Below are positions 1-12,930 of a stretch of DNA of 64,000 nt, piece by piece (within the stretch, counting starts at the first letter, position 1; every line of letters begins with the position of its first letter). This DNA is from Camelus dromedarius (lineage: Eukaryota). Below the pieces are notes generated by a model, which saw only the letters and a program-made list of their open reading frames with translations, was not told the DNA's origin and did not search any database. The stretch spans positions 41,664,001 to 41,728,000 of the forward strand of contig NC_087439.1 in assembly GCF_036321535.1 (NCBI RefSeq), read 5' to 3'. The position numbers and the translations under genes are program-made.

Positions 1-1838
1 CCAATGACCACGTGAAACCATACTTTATCATTTAACATATTGAATTCTGTCAGGTGTCGAATAGATAATAACTGTCTTTAAGACTATATTATTCTGGGTG
101 TTCTTGACCTTACCTTTGTGAAATTACTCATAGACCTTCTAGAGTGTGTGATGTTAAGCATGTGTCAAGCCCTTCAGTTCAATGCAGTAAACAGACATGC
201 ATGTAAGATTGTACCCCATGTCTGTCCCAGAGACACTGGCACAGACACATGTCTGATAGAATCTGCTCATTCTTCCAAAAGTGATATTTAGACATGATCC
301 ACCATATGTAGTTCTTTCCTGTGTGTCAGTCATTGGACACATTAAATGTTACATCACATGAGACAAGATTTTAAATTGTTTTCAATTAAATAGATGAATA
401 AATAATATGCATTAATATTAATTAATGTGTATTAATTAAGATCTGCAAAGAGACCATATGTTGCACTGGGTACAGCCATTGTTTCCATATTGTATCAGAC
501 GTATGGTAGTCCCCAAAGGGAAATTGAAAACAGGACATTGAAATCTATAAACAAACAAGCAGAAAACTCTGCCTTGCCTTTCCTCTCTCTATCTCAATAG
601 ATTCTCCAAAAGTACTATCCATAACGGTCCAGATTTCTGTTTTCAACACCGTTTTATTGTCTCTGCTGCCCAGGACAGAAGATAAAGCAACATTTTCAAA
701 TGTCAGGAGAGAAGGGTGGTGAATAACAAACTTAACTATTACTGATACATTGAACGCTGTGCTGCTTTTTCGTGTTTATGGCTAAGGGACAAAACAAGGG
801 GGAGGGAAGCAGCTTACTGAGTGCCAGTAGGTTTACACATCCTGATGTCGTGAATGCTGAGCTCTAGGGATTTGTTGGCCACGTGGTAAAGATTTTCAGA
901 GACTAAACAACAGGGGACCAAAGGCCCTTTACTGCAGAAACCTCACCTTAAATTTTCCAAATGACAAATATCCCTGGTTCCTAAGCATAGAGTGAATGAT
1001 ACTTATCTTTCACCTCAATGTTGTATGATGAGAAGCTGAAAGAGTTTTTATTTTCATCGATGAATATCATTTGTCAATATTACAATTGATGGGAGAATTG
1101 TATGAGACAATTTAAAATTTAAAACAATTTAAAACAATTTAAAATCTTGTCTCAAAAGATGGGGGTAAATGGGAGAAAAAATTTTACCACTAACTTCAAA
1201 CTCATTTGTTATGAATTATTAGAAATTGTTCAGAATGTAACACCTCCTCTCAAAGAGCTCCTAAGTTTTTACATTTCACTTGTGGTACCTCAAAGAAATA
1301 TCACTGTATTACTCACTCAGAACTCCCTTTTCTGTGTCCTCCTAATGTTTCCTCATGTCTTTCTCTTGCTTTTCTCCATCCTTCCCTCTCTATTTTCTTC
1401 TCTTCTTGTTGATTTTGGAGTTTCCTTCCCTCACCTTACTTAAATATATGACCTAGAACTGCTGTTTGCCTTCCATCTTTCTTTTTGATGTTTTTCAATT
1501 CAGAAAACATTTATTGTCTACCATGTGCACAATCCTAAGTGAGGAAAATATAGCTTCTGCCTTGGGGAAACTGGAGCTTTTTTTCCCTTTGGCTTCTGAG
1601 GAGGAGTAAGAAAAACAAAGCCAGAATGTTTGTGGATAAAGGAGGAGGACTGGTCTGGCCCTTACCTTGAGCATTATTAGCAAGGACCAGCAGGGTTCCC
1701 CCACAGTTCAGTAGTGACTACAATTCCTTAAAGGGGCAAAATCTTTCATTCTGTGCTATGGGAATGTCTGTAAATACAAATACTCCTGAGAGAAATCTAG
1801 TTAATTATGTTCTCCTTATTTGAGATTCCTATGGTGTG

Positions 1839-1879
1839 ATTATTATTATCATTATCATCATCATCATCATCATCATCAT
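1839..1879. repeat. (ATT)n/(ATC)n trinucleotide microsatellite
   Basis: attattattatcattatcatcatc... is directly visible; it explains the poly-Ile and poly-Met ORFs at 1829-2177. Confidence 0.95.
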
Positions 1880-2300
1880 ACACTGTCCTGCTTCAAACTG
1901 TGCTATTTCCCAAAAACCAGTAGGAAATAAGTGGGACAGACCATTTTCAGGCTCTAGGATTCTGACTGCCTGTGATACCTTCATCCCTCTCTCTAGTGTT
2001 CTTACTTCTTTGAAGACTTTAGCTGCCTCTACTTTCACTTATCTCCGTTGTCAACTCCTTGTGCTACCCCACTTTTCCCATTGCCCCCACTTCTATCTCC
2101 TCCTCCATAACTCTTGGGAAAGTAGGGGGATATGTCTAGTCTGTTACTGTTTTCATATGGTCTTAAATTGCATTTGAAATGGGCATTGACATTTTCAATG
2201 ACATCCTCCTTAGTATCTTGCCTTGACACTTCTCCTATTTTTTTTCACAATTATCTCCAGGGATAGAAATAGTCCCCTGCCTCAGTTGAAGTGTCCCCCA
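1880..2300 (+). mobile_element. Possible degraded L2 LINE fragment
   Basis: Pyrimidine-rich, L2-like wording (e.g. ttttcaatgacatcctcctt); highly diverged, recognised by eye only. Confidence 0.3.
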
Positions 2301-2558
2301 CCCCTCAATTAAAGAAAATGAAATGGATTCTCTTTCATGGAATATTTTCTGGAATGTGACAATATATTGGTAAATACTATTTTAGGGACCCACACCTCAT
2401 TCATGAAGGCTCTTACACCTGTTGCCATCACTAGGTACCTACCTTAGCAATTCTCAAGTAGCAAAAACTGTTATGTGTAACATTCCTATCACTACTTACT
2501 TCAACATCGCCTGAAATATATTTAGAATTTCCCCCACATTTGGTGAAGAAATATTCGT

Positions 2559-3465
2559 CTTTTTAAATCTTCATTTTTATTTATTTTTTAACATTTTTAT
2601 TGATTTATAATCATTTTACAATGTTATGTCAAATTTCAGTGTAGAGCACAATTTTTCAGTTATACGTGAACATATATATAATTCATTGTCACGTTTTTTT
2701 CTCTCTGAGCTACCACAAGATCTTGTATATATTTCCCTGTACTGTACAGTATAATCTTGTTTATCTGTTCGACATTTTGAAATCTCAGTCTGTCCCTTCC
2801 CACCCCCCGCCCCCTTGGCAACCACAAGTTTGTATTCTGTGAGTCTGTTTCTGTTTTGTATTTATGTTTTGTTTGTTTGTTTGTTTTAAGATTACACATA
2901 TGAACAATCTCATGTGGTATTTTTCTTTCTCCTTCTGGCTTCCTTCACTTAGAATGACATTCTCTAGGAATATCAATGTTGCTGCAAATGNNNNNNNNNN
3001 NNNNNNNNNNNNNNNNNNNNNNNNNNNNNNNNNNNNNNNNNNNNNNNNNNNNNNNNNNNNNNNNNNNNNNNNNNNNNNNNNNNNNNNNNNNNNNNNNNNN
3101 NNNNNNNNNNNNNNNNNNNNNNNNNNNNNNNNNNNNNNNNNNTCATTTTGAAGTAGGGTTCCTTCTGGATATATGCCCAGGAGCGGGATTCCTGGGTCAT
3201 ATGGTAANNNNNNNNNNNNNNNNNNNNNNNNNNNNNNNNNNNNNNNNNNNNNNNNNNNNNNNNNNNNNNNNNNNNNNNNNNNNNNNNNNNNNNNNNNNNN
3301 NNNNNNNNNNNNNNNNNNNNNNNNNNNNNNNNNNNNNNNNNNNNNNNNNNNNNNNNNNNNNNNNNNNNNNNNNNNNNNNNNNNNNNNNNNNNNNNNNNNN
3401 NNNNNNNNNNNNNNNNNNNNNNNNNNNNNNNNNNNNNNNNCCTATTGATCATTTGTATTTCTTCC
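2559..3465 (-). mobile_element. 5'-truncated camelid-type L1 LINE (3' end), interrupted by two N runs
   Basis: T-rich tail followed by aacatttttattgatttataatcattttacaatgtt..., then L1 3'UTR/ORF2-end wording (gatatatgcccaggagcgggattcctgggtcatatggtaa). Flanked by a 19-bp TSD, ttggtgaagaaa(t/c)attc(g/t)t, at 2540-2558 and 3466-3484. Confidence 0.92.
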
Positions 3466-6400
3466 TTGGTGAAGAAACATTCTTAATGATTTTAAGAAAT
3501 AACTATCATGGGGTAGCAGGTTGGAAAGGTGAAGTGATACTCAAAAAACCAAGACAGGCTTAAATTTTCTTTGAGTCTTGTCCTTTATCTTTAAAATTCA
3601 TGCAAATCTTTGCATACAACTCCACGATATGTTTATGTTTATTATAATACAACAGAGTGTTTTGATTATTACAGCATTTTCTCTAAGTATTTTCAGTAAA
3701 ACTGACAGGTCAATATGCATTTCCTTTGCTCTGTGGTTTCATGTTGTCTACCATGCCTCCCCTGATAGAGAGGCTAGAATAGACAAGAATTTGCTTTTTA
3801 CTTTATCTTGACCAACTAGGACACTAAATTTTTTGGTTAATCAACTTGATTTTCTTTCCAGTCATGTACACACTCAACTTTTCCCCTCACTCCTGTATGA
3901 CATTTCACCTGACATGATATAAAAGCCTGAGCTGTCTGTCCAGTATTTGGTTAGTTTTCCCTCATGCTTGTGTATTTTTAACATTTTGATATAGATCATT
4001 CTAGATGTCTTTGATTGTAAACTCCAGGAAGACAAAAATTTTGTTTCTTAGTATAATTTATAGTGTGACTTGTACAGCTAATGTGTAACAGGATGTTTGA
4101 TAAATGCATTTTGGTGATGATTTTAAAATTTCTTTTCCACAGCTTTCTTTACATAACCTTCTTGCTTGAATGACTGTGGATTTATGTTTGCATTCCAGAT
4201 GGTCACTTGCTAGAGATATGGTTAACAATAGAAAGAAATCGGCAATAACCATAGTGATATAAAAATGGCATAAATTTAAAAAATTAATTTAATACATACC
4301 TGGGCTTTTTTATTTTTATATGAGACTGATTCTTGGTTGAGGGTGTCTGTTAGTAACTATGCTGGAGCAAATTGTAAGAAACTTTCTAAACTTAAAACTG
4401 GAGATAGTGGAAATCAGAATAAATCCACAGGTGATGCCTAATCCTTGAACTTGAGAGATCTCCAAAGTTGCTGGTAATATGCCAATAAACCCAAAGGATG
4501 AAATGCCAGAAGTAATTGACCTGTAGTCCATCCCTAATAAAACAACATGAAATTACAATACTCTCCAGCCCAAACCTCTAACCTATTACTATTCCTGGAG
4601 AGCAGAGTGCATTGTCTCACTGAGGCAAGGTGTTGGCAGGCAACCAGTTTTCTCTCTCTTTTTGCTCTAAACTGCGTTGAATAGGCTGTTGAACTTGTTT
4701 ATATTATTTGCTTCAGTGGCTTGCTTTGGCAAATTACTCCCTGTCTTTATTGTTAAATTCAGTGTACTGATGGTGTTTTAATTTTAGTTTGTAGGCCGGT
4801 GTTTAACGTTTCCAGTAGTGTAAACAATATTGGATAAGTTGATATTCTCTCTGAGAAAGAAGCTTATAAATTTTATCTCATCCTCTATTTGAAATTCTTT
4901 TACCCAACACCTAGAAAGTCTTTGTTTTTGCATTTGAAATTACGTTAATTCTATGGGAAACGTAATTAATGCCTGTGAAGTTGTCCTTTGCTCTACTGCT
5001 GGGCAAAGCATTCTCTTCTTTATCTCCTTAGAATGTTTAACTGTGAAGGCAGCTTCTCCGCCCCCCTCTCTGCTCACCAAGCCCCCAGACACACGCAGAC
5101 TTTCCCCTCCTATTCCACAAGACACCTCATTGATCTTTCCAGTTTTATTGCACCAGTTCTTTGTTTTCCACAGGAATCCCTGCTGGCTTGTCCCTACAGG
5201 GTTCTGGCTGCATTCTGAATTACCTATTTAGTTTAAATCTCCAAAGCCTGAACTCTGAATTCTAGTAATTTAGAGGGAGAACTTAGCTACCAGGCCAGCC
5301 TGGAAGGATGAGCCATTTTCTGTGGTTGGTAGTTTGGTAGTCATTCTGTATTTATCTTTAACATAGTTTCTGGATAATTTGTATAATTTATGCATCTAGA
5401 AATAACATCAGAGGAACATTTTGCACACATTTTTGAAAATCAAATATTTCTGTATGGCAAGGTTTTCTCTGAAAAGCATGCCTTTCCAAAAAAAAAGTTA
5501 CATTATAACATCTTGTATTGCTCCAACTGCTTGAATTTGGAGTCAGTATTTTATATTCCATCAAATAAGCAACCTCTTTTACTTGAATATCCATCTAAAG
5601 GATCAATTAGTGTTCAGAGTTCAAATTTCAGCTCAATCCTGTCTAGAGCTTCTGGCCCCTCTCTAACTGATTACCTGCTGGGGAATCAATCACATCCTCT
5701 TCACCAAATGAATTTTTTTAGCCAGTGAGAAAGGGCTGTCAGTTTCTTTTACTTACTGTATAACTGGCATATTGGAGATTATAGACATTTATAAACGAAA
5801 AGCCCTTTTGTCTTATTCTCTACCTGATGACTTTTCACATAGCTTCTAGAATTCGGGGTTTCTGATGTGAGCATGAATAGAGGCCATCCTGTAGGACACT
5901 GATTATCCTAAGGCCTCTCTCCTCTGTCTTTAGCCACTTCAGGATGACCTGAAATTGGAGGTCTGCCTACCATGCAGTGGGCAGTACGTCCTGCCAGTGT
6001 GTTCTGCCCACTTTATCATACAGAGTCTTGCCCCAACACAGCTGGAGCACCGTGGGGCATCCGCCTAGGAGGCACACACCATGGAGTCCAGAGACGAGCT
6101 AGACCATATCTGCCTGTAGAGACTGCGATCCACACGCAGACTCGTCTGAAACAGATCAGATAGCCAGTCAGCTCTTACAGGCATTGGAATATGTGTTGTG
6201 CCTGTGTCCTCTCCTGCACAGGCTGAGAGTTACCTGGCTCCCTGGATTGTCTGGAACATCAACTGACTCACATTTAACTTGAGGCCTTGGGATTGTCCTC
6301 TTTTGTTGGACCGGATTGTTTCATCCATCTTCCTTAACTGTGCCGATAACTACCTGGAGACTGCAGCGCTATAGCTGCCCTTGTCTCTAAGGTCTTCCTG

Positions 6401-6852
6401 GATTCTCATATTTGTTAGCATTTTTATTATTGGAATTTTTTATCTAATTGTTCTACTTTTTTATTAATAAAGGAAAATACTTGTAGCAAAGATCATGCAA
6501 TGTAAAAGTACATTTAGTCAGTGAAGATAGAAATAAAAGTTAGTTGCTATGACTTAACTAAGATCTTGAGAACATTTAAATTATTTTTTAATCAGAATTT
6601 GAAACTAGATATGTGATTATTACCACATCTCCAGTATCATTTAGCTATAGCTTTAAAAGGTCAAATATGTTATTTTCTACCTATTTTAAAAACGCTGTTT
6701 TACCAGGGGGAGAGGGGACTATTTCTCAGTCATCACACTCAATTACTTTTTTCTTATTCAGGGTTGTGTTGATGTTCCGATGAAGGCAGAATTTGATTAA
6801 AATAGTAGGATTTAGCTTATTTTGAAGTTGCAATAAAATCAGTGGTTTTAAA

Positions 6853-7986
6853 TCATTCATTCAATAAATACGATTAAACTTCTATTTTATGTACAAGACA
6901 CTAATTATTCTAGGGCCTTGAACACATCAACAAACAAAAGAGATGGTTATCTTCCCTCCAGGAACCTGCTTTCTAGCAGGAGAAGGTAGACTAGCAATAG
7001 TAATTAATGTAATATTAGGTTATGTCTATCTATTATATATATCGTATATGCTTTTATATAAAATAATACACATTCTATATATGTAAACTATCCAGAATAT
7101 AATATAATAGGTTAGAAAGTGATAAGGGAAAAAGAAAAATAGAACTGGGGAAGGGAGATCTGAAGTGCAGAATAGGGGGCGGTTGTCGTGTTAAATAAGG
7201 AGAACAGTTTGCTGACAGGAGGAAAGAATTAAAAGAAATTGAGGAGGTAATCAAGTGTTACCTGACAGTGCTCCAGGCAGAGGGTTCAACCAGAACAGAG
7301 GCCCTCAGGTGGGAGGGAACCCCATTTAAAAGACAGCAATGAGGACATGTGTGGCTGGAATGATTAAGAAGAATGACTAACAAAAGACATGTAGGTGATA
7401 CAGTCAAAGAAATAAAGGGGTCCTGGTTATATAGAGCCTTTTGATTAATGAAGAACTCCACTACTCTGAGTAAATGGAAGAGCCCTTGAAGGGTTTTGAG
7501 AAGATGGTGACATGATCTGACATAGATATTCTAAAGGATCTGCCAGGCTGCTGTGTTAAAAACTGACAATAAAAAAGAAAAAAAGGCAGACGAAGGAGAC
7601 CTCTTAGGAGGGTTGGACTGGAGTGATAGTAGTGGAGGTGTAAGAAGTGGTCTAATTTTGGATGTTTTAAAGGTAGTTCCAATGGGATTTATTGACTGGT
7701 TGTGAGGTGCTAGAAAATGAGAGAAGACAAAGATAAGACAGCAGCTGGGATCAAAATATAACCAGTAGGGATGGAGAAGGCCCACGTATAACAGGACTGA
7801 GTGGGGCAATCAAAAGTTCAGGTGAGGACAGTAAGTTTAAAATATCTATTATACATTCAAGTGGAGATACTGAAGATGCAGTTAGATATTGGGGCATGGA
7901 GTTAGAACAGCCTGGACCAGATATACAGATTTGAAAGTGTTCAGCATGGAGATGATGTATAAAACCATGAGAAAACATGAGATCAC
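6853..7986 (-). mobile_element. L2 LINE 3' portion (left part, split by an L1 insertion)
   Basis: Begins with the L2 tail tcattcattcaataaata and continues with purine-rich L2 minus-strand wording (gagtaaatggaagagcccttgaagggttttgag; gatatacagatttgaaagtgttcagcatggagatg). Confidence 0.85.
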
Positions 7987-8002
7987 AAAGGCGGCAAATG
8001 TA

Positions 8003-8876
8003 TTTTTTTAATTGAAGTGTAGTTGATTTACAATGTTGTGTTAATTTTTGGTGTACAGCATAGTGATTCAGTTATACATATACACATATGTATTCCTTTT
8101 CATATTCTTTTTCATTATAGGCTATTGCAAGGTATTCAGTATAGTTCCCCATGATATACAGTGGGACCTTGCTGTTTATCTATTTTATATATAATAGTAT
8201 CTGAAAATCCCAAACTCCCAATTTATCTCTCCACTTCCCCTTAACCCACTGGTAACCACAAGTTTGTTTTCTATGTCTGTGAGTCTCTTTCTAGTTTGTA
8301 AATAAGTTCATTTGTCTCATTTTTTTTAGATTCCACATACAAGTGATATCATATGGTATTTTTCTTCCTCTTTCTGACTTACTTCATTTAGAATGACAAT
8401 CTCCAGGTCCATCCATGTTGCTGCACATGGCATTATTGTATTCTTTTTATGGCTGAGTAGTATTCCATTGTATAAATATACCACATCTTCTTTATTTAGT
8501 CATCATCGGTAGACATTTAGGTTGTTTCCATGTCTTGGCTATTGTAATCAGTGCTGCTGTGAACACTGGGGTGCAGTTATCTTTTCAAATTACAGTTTCC
8601 TCTGCATATATGCCCAGAGTGGGACTGCTGGGNNNNNNNNNNNNNNNNNNNNNNNNNNNNNNNNNNNNNNNNNNNNNNNNNNNNNNNNNNNNNNNNNNNN
8701 NNNNNNNNNNNNNNNNNNNNNNNNNNNNNNNNNNNNNNNNNNNNNNNNNNNNNNNNNNNNNNNNNNACTTTTTAATGATGGGCATTCTGAGTGGTGTGAG
8801 GTGATACCTCATTGTAGTTTTGATTTGCATTTCTGTGATAGTTAGCAATAGTAGCATCTTTTCTTGTGCCTATTAG
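8003..8876 (-). mobile_element. 5'-truncated L1 LINE (cetartiodactyl/camelid-type 3' end) inserted into L2
   Basis: tttttaattgaagtgtagttgatttacaatgttgtg... 3' end and ORF2-end wording (gtgaggtgatacctcattgtagttttgatttgcatttc). 16-bp TSD aaagg(c/t)gg(c/t)aaatgta at 7987-8002 and 8877-8892. Confidence 0.93.
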
Positions 8877-8892
8877 AAAGGTGGTAAATGTA

Positions 8893-9480
8893 AATAGAGA
8901 AAATATCCAAAAATAGAGACCTAACCCTCTCCAATTTAATCAAGAGGTGGAGGAGAAGAGAAGTACCAGCAAAAGACACTGAGAAGGACCAGTGAAATAG
9001 GAGAAAACACAAAAGATGTGGCATCATGTGTCACATGAATGTACATCAAAGGGAAGGAAGTGTTAAGGTTAAGTTGTGTCAGTTGCTTCTGATGGCCAAG
9101 TAGAGGCAGATGGTGACTTGGCCATTGCATTTAACATGGAGACCACTGATGGTCTTGATGAGAGCTGCATTAGCGGGCTGGTGGAATTAAAGCTCGATTT
9201 GAGTGGGCTTAATAGAGAGTGGATGGAGAAGATTTAGTGTATATGTAGATAATTATTTCAAGGAGTTATGCCACAAAAGGGAGCAATGAAGGGGACCAGT
9301 AACTGGAGGGGACATGGTGCTGGGCGAAGGTTGTCATTTTCTTAACTGGGAGAGATAACAGCATATTTATATGAGAATGATCCAGCGGAGAGTGGAAAAT
9401 TAATGACATAGAAGAAGGAAAGAATTACTGGCTCAATGTCCTTGAGTAAGCAAGAGGGGGTGGGATCTAGTGCATAAGGA
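8893..9480 (-). mobile_element. L2 LINE (continuation after the L1 insertion)
   Basis: L2 RT-region wording resumes directly after the TSD (gtgacttggccattgcatttaacatggagaccactgatggtcttgatgagagc). Confidence 0.8.
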
Positions 9481-9834
9481 AGGTGAGCACATTGGGAAGT
9501 TTTTAATATACTGCTTTGACACCAGATGACAAGGTCATTATAAATAGTTCAAAGAGTCCAAGATTCAGAGATGGGGGGGTGGGCATGTGGATAGGTACCT
9601 GGGCTTATTGTCACTTATTTCTAGGCTATTAATCCTTAACCAGGGGCTATGAAGATAGCGACCATATCTATCTTATTTATCCTGTGTGCCTAGTGCCTGG
9701 GATAGGTCCTGGCACATTAAAGAGGTGCTTAATAAACATCTTCCAGCTGACTGATTAGGTGAAGGAGATATTTTATTTTCTTCTCTTTTATCTGTACTTC
9801 TTATATTTAGCATAATTTACCCTTATTACTTTTT

Positions 9835-9891
9835 TCTTCCAGTTTTATTGAGATATAATTGATATATAGCACTATATAAGTTTAAGGTATA
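9835..9891 (-). mobile_element. Very short (~57 bp) L1 3'-end insertion
   Basis: ttccagttttattgagatataattgatatatagcactatataagtttaagg is L1 3'-terminal wording. Perfect 17-bp TSD tacccttattacttttt at 9818-9834 and 9892-9908. Confidence 0.85.
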
Positions 9892-10114
9892 TACCCTTAT
9901 TACTTTTTAAATTAGAGAATAAACTTTATTAATCTTAAAGAAATAAATGGATCCAGGAATCTATAATTGGTGATTTCAAGGGAAATGCAGTATTTGAAAA
10001 ACAGTCTACCTTAGTTGATTTGCTAAATACTGTGTAATTCTGAACCAAAACAAAAATAATATGTATTAGATGCTAATGACGTGGTAGGGTTTTATGTTTA
10101 TGTAGTAAGATATT

Positions 10115-10240
10115 ACAGTTAACCCCATTTTATAGATGAGGAAACGGAGGCTCAGAGATGTTCAGTATCTTGTCTGAAATCATAATGTGAAGTGAAAGAC
10201 ATGGACTCAACTTGGGTCTGTCTGACTTCCTGCTCTAATG
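10115..10240 (-). mobile_element. MIR SINE
   Basis: MIR core in reverse orientation: cccattttatagatgaggaaacggaggctcagag. Confidence 0.9.
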
Positions 10241-10729
10241 CTGGTACCCTGCATAAAAATATTATGCAAAAACCTAATGCAACATTTTCTTTGAATCAGA
10301 TTCTTTCTAAGTAGTTTCTTCACTACATAAATTCAAAATTGTTTTCTAGCAGTTTTATCTTGGCTTAAAAAAGTATTTTTAATTAGGAGCCTTTTAAGAA
10401 ATGTAAAAGCACACTTGAATGAGTTCAAAGAATTTCTTTTAAATAACATAATGTGTTGCCAGATTGCTTTTTGTGATAAGTACCTATCTTTACTACCTAG
10501 GGAAGGTGGAGGAAGAGAAAGAGCTTACAATATGGAAACCCATTCATAGTTTAGGAACCTGAAAAACATTACAAAGCAGAATCCTTATTTCAAAAGTGGA
10601 ATTTTTACTGACTTAGAGAAAAGTACAGAATTTAAGTCAATTCATTGGATAGGTATCTGGGATTATTTTAGCTATATTCTGATTTTTTTAAATTTGAAAT
10701 ACATTATTAAGCATTGTAAACATCTTTTG

Positions 10730-11229
10730 AAATACTATTAAATATATTAAGTAAAAAGTGAAAGTTTCTTCTTCATCTCCCCTCTCCTAATTGGTAAGCA
10801 CAATCAAAGCTGACCGTGTCTTCTTTCAAGCCCTTCTCTGTGTACGGTAAAAAAAAAGAAACAAGTTGTCTTGGTGTTCTCTGCTTTGGAATACACCTAG
10901 GAACTGCACTCGTTTTTACATCAGCAGAGCATCCCATGTTATACATGTGTCGTTACTCATTTAACTATTTCCATATGGAAGGACATTTAAAACTTTTTTC
11001 AGTTTTTCACTGTTACAAAAAGTGCTACAATAAGCACCTATGTATTTCCAGAGAATATGTTCCTAGATGTAGAATTACTGGCCAAAAATACTGGGTATTC
11101 AAAAGTTTTGACAGATAGTGCCAAATTACTGAGCAAAAAAAAGGTGTCTCCTCAGCAATGTAGGCAAAAGTCTGCTATCACAGCCCTTTGCCAACACTGG
11201 ATATCATCAGTCTTCAAATCTGACAGTGT

Positions 11230-11266
<37 letters not shown>

Positions 11267-11440
11267 CGCACACATGCTTTATTGATATCTCTGGGTTTTA
11301 ATTTGCATTTCTCTGATTATTAGAGAAGTTGAGTATCTCTTCATATGTATATTGGCAGTTGGTATTTCTTTTTTCTATTAAGTACCAAATGCTATTTCTA
11401 TCAAAATATGCCCAGTTTCTCAATGATTTCTCCTTCTAGG
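10730..11440 (-). mobile_element. Old L1 (L1M/L1ME-like) fragment
   Basis: Diverged L1 wording, e.g. tttaatttgcatttctctgattattagagaagttgagtatctcttcatatgt and cctagatgtagaattactgg. Confidence 0.65.
11232..11262. repeat. (TG)n microsatellite
   Basis: Direct inspection. Confidence 0.95.
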
Positions 11441-12079
11441 TTTGACTGAAATATTCCAGAGGGTACCCAAATTTTACCTAGGAAATAGGAGTACATGTGC
11501 AGGTCAAATGTATTTTCAAAATGGAAAATGTATTTCTTTTTGTGGATCTTTTTCTTGACTATTAAAGTAAATCATGATAAAGATAAGGAAAAAAGATCCA
11601 GGTGTGCAAAAAAACCAAACTATTTTTAAAAAACTGTTAAGAACACTTTTAAGAAAAATGTTAAAATCACTTATAATAACAACCCAGAGGTACCCACTAT
11701 CAACATTTGGCTACATACATATACTTTATATTATTTTGTAGCATACCATTTTATAAAAGTGATAAAAGATGATAGTACATGTTGTTTTGAAACCTGAAGT
11801 ATATTAAAATTTAATTTATTTTGTTTTTAATGTGAAAATAATGCACACTCATGGTAAATCACACAAATACCTAGAAAAGTGTGATGTGGAACTCAGAAGT
11901 TTCTGTTCATTCCAACCCTTGCACAAGATAATTTTTTGGTTTGTTGAATTATTTCCTCAAAAATTGCCTTGTTATTTTGGTACTCAGACCTATGGAGAAA
12001 GCCTACTTAAGCAATAGTGAAGTGGAAATTCCCTCAGAATATGCACTGGTAATAATTAATCACGAATTTTGCTTTTCCT

Positions 12080-12290
12080 GAAGTATCATGGATAAAACAG
12101 AGCCTTTGGGTTTGAAGACGTGATTGGAGTTCCATTTTTGCCATTTATTAATAGTCCAACATTAAAAATGACTTCACACCTCCTTAGATGTACACTGGGA
12201 TTAGTAATACATCCCTCTCCAAGAGACTCTGAGGATTAAGTGACATTATTGCCTGACACATGGCAAAGTGCCCAATAAATATGTTTGAAT
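12080..12290 (+). mobile_element. Degraded MIR SINE
   Basis: MIR 3' wording: gaggattaagtga...tgcctgacacatggcaaagtgcccaataaatatg. Confidence 0.6.
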
Positions 12291-12863
12291 TTGAATTATC
12301 CAAACTACTCCCTATAACTATATTTATCTTATAACTAGATTTATACAGGAAATAATGTTATTTTCACATCATTTATTTATAACCAAGAGTTTTTGGCTTA
12401 TAACATAGATGGAAACAAGACTTTTTTTAAAATGTTGTGACATAAAACATAAGAGCTTCACTAGGTCATAACATTTATTACTTTCAAGCAAAGGGAGTCT
12501 CAGTTGTTTGGAAATCATTATGTCCTAAAAATTGAGAGGCATAAATATGAGCATGCACATAAAACCTATTGGTAGCATCTTTTTTTGTAAAGCGACATTA
12601 GAATAGCATATTTATTTAATCATGGTATCTCAGTATTCCTGTGAAGAATCTGTTGTGGACAGGATAGTCTTTAAATAGAAGGTTTAGCCAGAATTATGTC
12701 AAAAATTAATACAATCCATATTTGTGGCATTTTTCAAAACTACCCCTTTAGGAATTTCTATTCCAGTCCAAATAAAAAGGGAATTAGCTTTTAAAACTAT
12801 TTTTCCACTACTTACTTTCCTATCCTTTCAGCTTTTTTTTAGTAATTGTTTAACTGAGGTAAT

Positions 12864-12930
12864 GTCTCTTTCCCTCTCTCTCTCTCTATATTTATGTATA
12901 TATGTATTTATATATATATGTATATATTTT
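12864..12930. repeat. (TC)n-(TA)n compound microsatellite
   Basis: Direct inspection. Confidence 0.85.

Noticed and set aside
1716-1727. ZNF143/THAP11-like GACTACAATTCC motif
   Set aside because: Only the half motif is present, with no CpG-rich promoter context.
113-5889. Other minus-strand donor/acceptor pairs (near 113, near 816-930, and 5757-5889)
   Set aside because: Open frames exist in some, but the peptides are unrecognisable and phases do not chain with neighbouring candidates.
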